64,000 nt of DNA from Paraphysomonas bandaiensis (Eukaryota; Protista; Chrysophyceae). Location of the stretch: NCBI GenBank assembly GCA_965644295.1, contig CBFFRP010000232.1, forward strand, positions 1 through 64,000, written 5' to 3'. A program made the translations under genes and the position numbers. The notes beneath the pieces were generated by a model. The model ran no database searches and was not told the origin of the DNA. It was given only the letters and a program-made list of their open reading frames with translations. Shown here one piece after another: positions 1 to 10,500 of this stretch; the first letter of the stretch is position 1, and each line of letters opens with the position of its first letter.

Positions 1-280
1 TTCCAAGATATTAGAATTATATCCGTTACTCAAAGAATACAGTAGTAGCTAGCTGTAGTATGAGAACCAATAATATGATAGCCATTGTAGTGATAAAACT
101 GAAATATACTGACTGTACAAGATAGTGACGATGTAAGATCGTACTAGAAATGGTTGGTGTAGTAGAGATAGAAAGAGTTGGTGAACGTCAATGAATGAAG
201 TATGGTATCTCTTATAATTATATAATATTCCATATAAGTGTTAACAAAGGTCTTATTACTAAAAATGTCTATTTCTAACA
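1..280 (+). repeat. 5' LTR of copia copy 1 (partial, last 280 of 320 bp)
   Basis: No differences seen versus 5198-5477; ends ...TCTAACA directly before the PBS. Confidence 0.95.
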
Positions 281-3200
281 TGGTAGCAGACAGTAGTTCG
301 GAGTGGAAACTTCTTCCTAAATTTGATCAGTTCGGTGTAGTGAATTGGTCAAAGAATCTGAAAGTGTGGTTGATGAGGAAGAACAGGAACCATCTGGGTC
401 TAGAGGACCGTCCAGTAAGACCAGCAAATAATGCGCCAGTGACAGTCCGAAATAAGTACAAGGAGGATCTGGACAAGTGGCTGGAGAGGAAAGACACGTG
501 CATCAGTTCGATATTTGAAGCTGTTCAACCAGTCGCTGAAGCCCTTGAGATCGTGGATCAGTACTTCCGGGAAAAGGATATGCTCCCGCAGGACCATCCT
601 GATAAAGAGCAGTTAGCGAGTGAACTCATCTCTAGGTTAATTGTTCGGTTTCGAGGGGAAATCCAATATGAATTAGTTGAATTGAATAAGAAGTTTGCAG
701 GATTCAAAATTCTACCGGGGGAACTCGTGTGCGCAGCAATCGATCGACTAAACGGCATCTGTCAAAAAATGTCCGAGTTGGGGGAACCACCCACTGACAT
801 CGCTAAAAAAACGAAGTTACAGACTGCCCTCGAAACACGAAGCGATTTGGAGCAATTGTACACCAATCTCTACCTACAAGGTGACATAACCTTTATTGAT
901 ATATGATCACCATATGCAGGAGATACGATCAGGCAAAAGGTGTCCCGAAAGAAGGCACCGACGAAGTAAACATGAATTCCACTGCTGATGAAAATGAGGT
1001 GTGCAGCTATCCCAAATGTGGCAAACGGGGTCACTCACAGAAATCGTGCTGGAAGAAGAAGAGAGACCTTAAGATCGCGAAATTAAGAAGGCAGGGAAAG
1101 AGTCGTGGCGCTAGGAATCGATCTGAGAGTCGCAGAGACAACAACGAGAAGAAAAAATCAGATGGCTGTTATGTATGTGGAGACACCAGACATCGTGCGT
1201 ATAAGTGCAAATTTCGTGCTCAAGTACGTAGTGACTCTGCCCAAGGAGACAAAAACCGGCCATTTTTGGACGAAAAGCCTGCAAAACGCACAGATTGGAA
1301 TCGTTTTTTGCGGAGAGAGGAGCAAGAGGAAGATTCGGACTCTGTGAACATGATTATGTATGAGGAACCGCATGATGATTCATGTGTCTCTGAAGAGGTG
1401 CTACACACTTCCGATGAACCCGTGTATTTAGACAGCTGTGCCTCTAATAAACTGTTCATTGTTAAGGACAGAAATTTCCTTCATACGGTCAAGAAGGAGG
1501 ATGGAAATATACAGACAACCAGAGCTGGATCCAGTTTACACTATGAGGAAACTGGAGGCTTTGGCGATTGGACTGACATCAAGATCTGCCCTGGATCAGT
1601 CAAGAATATCTGCTCTGGAGGAATACTCCGTTCTCACGGGTATGGATTGCAGTTGTTGAACAAGCCCACTGTTGTGCGACTTGATACTGGGGAGACTGTA
1701 TTGGAGGCAGCCTACTCAAGCAACGGAATGCCTTATGTAAATTTACAGGAAATACTTGATCTTCCAAATTTGACAATGCTGGAGGAAGTATATTTGTCCG
1801 ACAAGGTGCATGAAGATCCGTTAGAGATGTTACACAAGCGCTGTGGACACGTCAGCAAACATAAGCTGATTGAAGCGTTTAAACACAGACTTTTTACCGG
1901 GAGCGGATTAACCCGACGACATCTCAGCAAGAAGAGTTTACAAAAAATGAAAGGTATTTGTAAAGCTTGCGCAAAATCAAAGATGACAAGGAAATCATTC
2001 ACCGCAAAGAGAGATGACGAACTGCAAGCTACAGAGTTCCTTGAGAAGGTTTCTGTGGACATTGCTGTATATTTCAATTGCCCATCCAGACAAGGATACA
2101 AATATGTTCTGACATTATCAGATATAGCCACCAAGGAGTTTTGGGAATATCCGTTGGAGACACGGTCTGCGAATGAGGTGTTGAGTTGCGTGAAGGACTG
2201 GGTTGAGCGTAAACTCCCTACATATCCCGGTTCACGCCGGTTGATACAGTACCATTCGGATGGGGGGACTGAGTTGATCGACAAGTCCATTCAGCAATAC
2301 TTAATGAGCAAGTTTGGAACTAGCATCACTTGGAGCTCCACAGACAGCCCTGAGATGAATGGTGTATCTGAGCGTAGGAATCGAACATTGGGAGAAATGA
2401 CTCTGGCTCTGTTAATGGACTCAGGATTACCCGTAATTTTTTGGTGGGATGCTTATGTATATGCATGCATGATAGTTCGACGAATGCCTACACGTACATA
2501 TCGAGGTTGGATGTCTCCAATGGAATGCGTCCCAGGAGGTTCAGTCCCTGACTTATCGAGATTTCGACGCTGGGGGTGCAAGGCTTATGTGCTTATTCCC
2601 AAAGGTGATCGTCGAAAGGACTGGCAGGAGAAGTCGCAGACTGGGTATTTCATAGGTCTATCCAATACGAAAAAGGGATCCCGTGTGTGGCTTGGTGACA
2701 AAGAAGTCGCATCAGTACATGTTCTGTATGATGAAAGTATACCTCCAAGAGATAAGGAGTACTATGCAGAGCTTGAAGAGGCCTTAGTCAAAACTGACCC
2801 ATTAGATCGATCAGTTGAAGAGTTTAAACATCTGATTGGTTCGTATCATGTGGACGACGGGTTTCTCTTCAAGACTACGAGAGTTGTGGTGCGAAAAGGA
2901 CTAATTGTGGCGTTTAGGGCGCTAGTAACTGCTGGGAAAGAGCAGATAGAAGAAAAAGTCCCTATTCACGTACGTGATATTGCCGAGTTGACTGGTGACT
3001 ATAACCGCAGGCTGTACTCAAAACCTCGTTCTTGTGACGACAAGAGAGGTGGATCGTCATCTACGCCGGCTTCGGGTGACACGCCCAATAAGTCTACGGC
3101 GGATGAGATTCCAGGGAAGAGAATGTCCCTTCGTACTTTGCCGGAGAGTAGTGCGGGTGCTGTACCGAGTGGGGTCAGCGCGAATCGTGTCTTTGAGAAT

Positions 3201-5030
3201 GTACCTTCTTGTGTGCCAAGTGAGAATAGTGGTACTGTACATGCTGAGTCAAGGGAGACCAGTGGTAAACGTACGCGAATCCGAAGGGTGTTGACTAATG
3301 TGTCCACCCTGGGTGAGGTAAACCTTCTCCATGACGAGGAGATTGTTAACTTGTGTGATGAGAGTGATTGCGCACTTATGTCTAACTCGTCTACTTATAG
3401 AGAGCCTGAGACGTATGAAGAGTCATTGACATGTCCTGAAGCTTCAAATTGGAAGGAAGCTAGACGATTAGAACGGAATGCATTATTCAAGCGGGAAGTG
3501 TTTAATGTCGTTGAGACGCCACCTGGTATTAGACCTCTAAAGTCCAGATATGTGTTCAAACGAAAATACAATAAAGATGGATCAATAAAAAAGCATAAAG
3601 CTCGTCTGGTCGCTCTGGGATATGGTCAAAGGACAGGTATAGACGTCGAAAATACATTTGCTCCTGTGGTGAAATCGATTACGGTTAGACTAATCATTGC
3701 CCTTGCTTTCATGTTTAGTATGCACATCCATCAACTTGACGTGTCGAATGCATTCTGTTATGCTAAAATCGAAGGAGACGTGTACATGGACCCTCCTCCC
3801 GATTTTCAGTTGCCACCAGGACACTGTTTCAAACTATATCGCTCACTATATGGCCTTCGGAGTTCTCCACGTTCATGGTGGAAGACCATACATGGATTTA
3901 TAAAGTCTTTGGGATTCAAACCCTGCATTTTAGAACCATGTCTATATTATATGATGTACAAAGGTCATCGTGTGTACTTAACCATATACGTTGATGATAT
4001 AGTAATCGCTTGTGCGGATCTGACTATTTTGACAGAAATCAAGAAACGGTTTTGTGAAAGATTTGACATGTCAGACATGGGAGAATTAGAGCATTTTCTC
4101 AACGTTCGAGTTACAAGGACCAAGAATTATATTCAACTTGACCAATCGACATACGCTGAAAAAATTCTCACCAAATATGCAGCATTCCTTGGACCTTCAA
4201 ACAAAGTTCGCAAATCCCCACTACCTGTAGATGCCATGGACAGGATTAATTGCACTGATAGTGAGAACTCATCTCAGGAGGAAGAGGGAGTCGACAATTA
4301 TCCCTATCGTAGCTTACTAGGTGCCATGCTATATCTATCAATGAATACGCGTCCAGATATTGCGTATGCTGTTGGCCTATTGTCACGATATGCTTCGAAA
4401 CCAACAAAAGCTACATGCAAGTTGATGACTTATTTGTTACAATACATCAGGGGTACTGTGCGGAAAGGTATTCGGTTCAGTGGTAAGAGCTTTGACATGC
4501 ATATTTTCACAGACGCTGACTGGGCAGGCGATACTGTGTCACGAAGGTCGACAACTGGATACATTGTGTTTGCAGCAGGTGGACCACTCACCTGGCAATC
4601 AATCTTACAAGTTACTGTGTCTACGTCTTCAATGCAGAGTGAGTACCAAGCTATGTACGCTGGCATGCAAGAACTGGTGTGGCTTCGGGGGGTGTTGGCC
4701 GAATTGGGACTTCGACTGTACGAACCCACTCCATTTTTTTTAGATAGCCAGAGTGCTCGTGATCTAGCATTAAATCCAGTGTTCCACAAAAGATCAAAAC
4801 ACATTGAAATCAAATACCACTGGGTGCGTGAACATGTAGATCCAGAAGGACGTTTTAACACTGCGATATTGTATCACGTTGGAACTGATAACCAGACTGC
4901 AGACATATTTACGAAATCTTTGTGTGGCGTTATATACGAGAAGCATAGAAAGAGATGTCTAGGAGAAGATCAGAAGTCATCTGTGGATGTCATCAGAGAG
5001 AATTCATACAAACGAAACAGAGGCTCATAA
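280..5030 (+). CDS. Copia gag-pol polyprotein, frameshifted near 900 by a 2-bp AT insertion
   Basis: Two Zn knuckles (CSYPKCGKRGHSQKSC, CYVCGDTRHRAYKC), protease YLDSCAS, integrase HKRCGH..CKAC with D-D-E (SVDIA/HSDGG/VSERRN), RT YVDD, RNase H TDADWAGD. An alternative in-frame ATG lies at 265. Confidence 0.93.
281..290 (+). promoter_or_regulatory. Primer-binding site, probably initiator tRNA-Met
   Basis: TGGTAGCAGA abuts the LTR end and is complementary to a tRNA-iMet-type 3' end (UCUGCUACCA). Confidence 0.8.
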
Positions 5031-5143
5031 ACGTGTTGTCTACGGAGAGGCTAGCTGAAACGTCGGAGCCATACGTCCACCGGTTTGTCCTATACGGTTT
5101 CGGTGGTTGCGTATCCGTCAGTTATGCCATGTGTTACAGCTTT

Positions 5144-5157
5144 GAATTGAGAGGGAG
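5144..5157 (+). promoter_or_regulatory. Polypurine tract
   Basis: GAATTGAGAGGGAG immediately before the TGTTG start of the 3' LTR. Confidence 0.85.
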
Positions 5158-5477
5158 TGTTGAGTTTTGCTGTTTGTGAGCAATTAAAAGCTGTAGTTTC
5201 CAAGATATTAGAATTATATCCGTTACTCAAAGAATACAGTAGTAGCTAGCTGTAGTATGAGAACCAATAATATGATAGCCATTGTAGTGATAAAACTGAA
5301 ATATACTGACTGTACAAGATAGTGACGATGTAAGATCGTACTAGAAATGGTTGGTGTAGTAGAGATAGAAAGAGTTGGTGAACGTCAATGAATGAAGTAT
5401 GGTATCTCTTATAATTATATAATATTCCATATAAGTGTTAACAAAGGTCTTATTACTAAAAATGTCTATTTCTAACA
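5158..5477 (+). repeat. 3' LTR of copia copy 1 (320 bp, TGTT...AACA)
   Basis: Canonical TG...CA termini; repeat of the 5' LTR. Confidence 0.96.
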
Positions 5478-5605
5478 ACATACACCACTACGACTGCACC
5501 TTTCAGACGGATTAGAGAGATACCAGGAAAACGCAACAAGCCAAGAAGTTGGGAAAATATAATTGTATTGCTGAAGTAAATTATCTTACTTAAGAATGGT
5601 GCCTT

Positions 5606-6961
5606 TTAGAGTCCTAGTGATGAATACGGCTCATGAAAATTCTTTGCAAAAGATTTTAACACATTTGCTCGAAGCATGAGTAGCGTCTTCTTTTCGAGAG
5701 AAACAGTTGAATCCTTACTGGAAAGTTTCTCAAGTCTCTCGATTTCATGCTGTATATATTTCAATCCACGTTCTGCAATCTTCTTTGAGTATGAAACGTA
5801 CAAGTCAGCAGAATCAACATTATCGCCCTCTTCAGCCATTGTGTTTCTTAGAGCAGTCATTTTCTCCACGAGAACGTCGTCTATCTCATGCGCCTTCGAT
5901 ATCAAGTCTTCCATAGCTGGTATCGTTCCTGCAGTTTCAATGAGGCCTCCATCTGGTGTTCTAGCTGTACCAGCTTGAGTGTTAATGAATTTTACAAGGC
6001 TTGCGAGGTCAGGTTTGCCGTCGTGAATTTCTGGTGCACCCTTGTTTCCACCAAAACCTTCGTCGTCGATTTTGTGGAAGTATGCTAGTACTGGATAATA
6101 TTGCGTACCAAACCTATTGCATAATAAGAGTAACTCATATTGACAATTTATATACAAATACGAAGCGAAATACTTACTCTCGAACTATTTTAGGTGCTGT
6201 CGAACCGTCCAGCCGTCCGAAGGCTACTTGCTTATCAGCTTTGAAAATATTGGCAAGCAGATCCATCTTGTGCAGCATTGCCTGAAAAGTTTCACCCAAA
6301 CATTACAAGCTTACTACAAAAATGTAAGAGCCTCACATTGCACCCCCCACCAGGACACCCAGGTCCATAGAACAACACCACTACCCCCTTATGCTTGTCA
6401 TATGCGAAGTCATAGAAATTAGAGTAGTCCAAATCAACAACACTACTCATCGGCAATGGAAGCTTCTTTTTCAAGCCCAACCTATCGTTAATCCAACTGG
6501 TCATCGCGTCAGCGGTTTTTTCATTGTCATATACAATTGGGTTGTTTGACCCCTTTGGGAAATATAGAATTGTTGGATAGCCAGATATTAAATATAACTG
6601 AGACAGCTCAGATTCCTCGGTACCATCTACTTCTGCAATAAGAATATCATCTTCTGGTTGGAATGTTAATGCTACCATGTTGTAATCGGGGGCCATACTC
6701 TTGCAATGCCCACACCTGTACCATTATAAGTGTTATATCAGGATAACATAACCAAAACACCTCACCATGGTGCATAGAACTTCACCATAACATTAGTAGA
6801 TCCATCAACATACTTGTCGAAATTATCTACGTCAAGTTTCAACACTGCACTCCTCTGTAATGCTTAATTAGGAAACACAAGTAGATAGATGAGGCACTTA
6901 CAGATACTGCTATATGATATGACACCAGAGCAATTAATCCACGGAATACTATTGATAGCAT
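5606..6961 (-). CDS. Protein disulfide isomerase, a-a'-D type (ERp38/PDIL2-1-like), multi-exon
   Basis: Signal-peptide-like exon 1 MLSIVFRGLIALVSYHIAVS, FYAPW|CGHCK across an intron, a second thioredoxin domain, and an ERp29C-like helical C-terminus (YIQHEIERLEKL..RANVLKSF). Confidence 0.88.
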
Positions 6962-7521
6962 TGTAGATAAGATACAAAAATTGCAATAGTAATAGTTCGA
7001 TGGGAAAGAATGTGTTTATGTGTTGGATGTGTGTGGGGATATGCACCTTAAGTAGAGGTCTGTGTATGTGCCACTTGTACAGCAGCATGCTATAGCGATC
7101 ATGCGTACATAGTATTATACTGAAACTACAATATGTATTATAAATTTTTCATAGGGCCTGCTGTACCTCTCTATCTATATACCATAGAATACGTATCTAG
7201 AAAATACCCTTCTCAATAAATAAATGGGACAAACAGCGTTTCCATGGTTGGAAAACGGTTGATAAACTAAAAAAAAAGACGAAGTGTTAATATATGAAGT
7301 GGAAGTGTGTACACTTTCTATATGGAGATATGCCATACATATACAGTACACAGCAGTACACTAACTTCGTTTTGAATTAGATGAGTAAGCGAATATGTCA
7401 ATATCTCAAATGTTTTCATCAATCTGATTATTCATAATTACACTACCACACATACAATGAATTGATATTCTATATGGTCAGATATATAGTATAGTTATAT
7501 CATTCTTGTGATTTGAATATA

Positions 7522-10500
7522 ATGGCAAAGAATCTATCATGGGAGGAGTTGTTATCAAGTTTTACAACATCTCAACATACTTGTTCTGTGAGATTATTAG
7601 ATTCTATATTTATTAGTAATGAACACAAGCAATGGTATTATACAACAAAGAATGGTACGGTAGCAAAGAAGAAGAAAAATAAAACGAAAAATGAGGATAT
7701 TACTGCCCGATTTAATCGTTTTGCTATGTCGAATCCAAACAATAAACATGGATATGTGGGGGTTGTGGTGGGGTCGAGTGGAATAAGGAAATATCTTGAT
7801 TATGAAGGGCTTAATACGTATCTGGAATCGGCTTCCAAAGAAAATGGTTCGTTTCTTCAGGTATATTTACGTCCTCAGGATGGCTTGGATAGGATTGTAG
7901 TTGCAAATTATTCGACTGTCAATAGTAAGGGTAATATTGAATTCGCTGTTAAGGCACAGGACCAGTCAGCTCAAGTTGATGTTGTTTCTCTTCCGAATTC
8001 TGAATTTTTATGTAACCAAGCTTCTATATTTACAAATGAAATTAAGAAATGTGTGGAAGCCACACATCCAGACATAATTGTGAAGTCTATGGCTGTTGAG
8101 TATGTGGTCGATGATAATGGTCATATATGGCTTTCCTGTGTTGATTCCTTATCTCTAACTTCTGTTTCGAATGGCGAGGATGATATTGCGACCCCTGCAT
8201 CAGCGTCGGAAAGTGTCCTGCCTGGTCTCACTCCCCGTACCGCTTCCTCTCAGTCCTCGCAGCGCCGTCGTGGTGGGGCAGAGGGTTTTTCTGCGTCATC
8301 ACCTGATCGACTTATACGGCGAGAAGGAGGAGTGTACCGCTGCGCTTTGGGGCCTGATGATCTCCCCGGCCTGAGAGCGTGGGTGCTAGCGGGAATTAGC
8401 GACCGTACTGCACCCTCTAATGCTTGGGTGATTGATATGGTGCAGTATTTTGCCCGCACCCCACCAGATAAAAAACTTGCTGGGGTTCGTCAGAGTCGAT
8501 TCGAAATGCGTAGGTCAGTTCCTTCGTTATTGGCAACTTTTCTCAATAAGTGCGAGCCTCTTTTGACTGGTGACATGGATGTTGGGAGTGAAAAAGAATT
8601 CACAGACAAATGGAGAGAGGCATATGCGATTGCGGTAGCAGCAGATAGTGCTAAACACACTTCGGGAGAGGTTCCTGTCTGTGGAAACTGCCATGCTATC
8701 TGTGCGAAGCTAGAGAGCTTGATAGAGGCAGATTTTAAAGTAACAGCCGGGTTGGAATCGCTTGATAAGGCAGAGGTAAGTCATTGGCCGCAGTGCTCTA
8801 GCCTTTAACGTTGATTCTAATATACCTGAATAGGAGAACTCTCGTCGCCCACACTCGGAGTCTAATATGCAGAGGTACAGTAACTTATTATGTCCTACAT
8901 CATTTAAAATACTGTGCGCAGGGAACATCCAGAAGAAACGAACAAAGACGCAGCGGCGTCATCTGCAAGTGAGATTAACCGCGTTCGATCATCCCCTGCA
9001 CTTCCCAGCGGTCAGCCAGAGAGCAATTCTACATCATCAGTAGGCGGACAGAAGAATAAATCCGGGGGCACGACCGGGAAATCACTTAAAGGGGGAAAGA
9101 AGAGCGCATCTAGTAACGCGAAACCAGCTGGCAAGTCGGTTACCAAACCTAAGAAGAAAGAAGATATTGGTCCATCCGTTGAAATGCTGGCGAAATTCGC
9201 TGCAGAACGTGATAGGTGAGAATTAAAATAGACTTTCAGTGCCCATATAATACTTTGTTATGCAGGCAGCGACAGCTGATGGGTGATGAGGAGCCAACCA
9301 ATGCCACTACCAGTGCCTCAACCTCCGTTACATCTAAAAAATCAACAAAGAAAAAGCAGAACAAGTAATAGTTTGATATGATATTGGCGATTGTTTACAT
9401 GTTTATGTAGATCGACTGCCGATGACGAAAAACGTCTGGAAGAACTTGAGAGGATGGCTGCAATGAGCAGTTTACAATCGAATATGACTTCTGCTAATGG
9501 CTCTCCTTTTGCATTTCAGCAATTTGGTAGTCATGGAGAAGGTGGGACGAAAAAGAAGGCTCTTACTGGAGTTGAGGAGCAATTTATGCTTCGCCAGGCG
9601 AGTCTCGGAACAATATCACAATTCGCTGCCCTCAGTTATGATGAGGATGAGGGACCTCCTCTGACATCTTCGAAATTTGACCAAGAGGCTATCAATAGGC
9701 TCAAGGGTAATATTGCTGAGAAAGACAACAAGATAGAGCAGCTCCAGTTGACTATTAGAGAACTTGAAAAAGACCTTGAAAAATCCCAGCGGAAGTATCA
9801 AGATGTTAACAAGAGGTTCATTGATTTTCGTGCACAAGTGTTCGACGAGCGTGATCAACTTAAGATCGAACACGAAACTGAAATTCTTATGTTGAAAGAG
9901 GCACATGCGACACACATGGCAGAATTTGCGAAACAAGAAAGAGCCACGATTGGAAATACCGAGGACTCTGACGCTCCACGACCACCGAATGCTGCCACAG
10001 CTAGCAGTGACTCACGTGGTACAAAAGCTTTGCTGGACCAAATGGAAATATTGCGGACAGAAAACAAGAACTTGAGTGAGAAAATTATATCAGACAGAAA
10101 GATGATGCAGACCGAATTTTCTGTGAAACTATTAACATCAGAAAAGGCGCATAACGAGATGGTGCAGAGATTGAAGAATACAATAGGTATTCTCGAAGAT
10201 AAAAACCTAAAGCTAAATGATGAAGTTGAGGGGTTGGCTACAAAGTGTACATCTCTTACAGAACATAATAGCCAACTGGAGCAGGCCAGGGTGGAGGCAC
10301 TGAATGGCCAGCAACGTTTGAGAGCTGATTTAAAGAGTATGCAAAGTGCTGTCGCAACTAGCTATAAGCTGGAAAGTTCTCAAAATATCGGGATTGGTGT
10401 CGATGCGGACACTGCGATTAAATTGAGCGAAGCTCGCGCAGAAGCCAGGGTCCGCCAGCTGAGCAACCAAGTGGAATTTTTGAAATCACAACTTGCCGCT

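Larger units (their letters stand above)
1..5477 (+). mobile_element. Ty1/copia LTR retrotransposon, copy 1 (5' LTR cut by window edge)
   Basis: Direct LTRs (1-280 matches 5198-5477), PBS, PPT, and domain order gag-PR-IN-RT-RH. The 3' flank ACATA (5478-5482) equals the TSD of copy 2. Confidence 0.97.
1..6898. repeat. Left arm of large inverted duplication (pairs with 18746-25639)
   Basis: Mirror-image ORFs with coordinate sums 25640-25644; identity stops at 6898/18746. Confidence 0.97.

Noticed and set aside
1105-4861. Short overlapping and antisense ORFs inside copia pol (e.g. 1733-2290, 4430-4861)
   Set aside because: Shadow ORFs of the long pol frame with no recognisable motifs
7237-7257. 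Imperfect palindrome CGTTTCCATGGTTGGAAAACG resembling an RFX X-box upstream of the coiled-coil gene
   Set aside because: Only half matches the consensus, single occurrence, no support for RFX in this lineage
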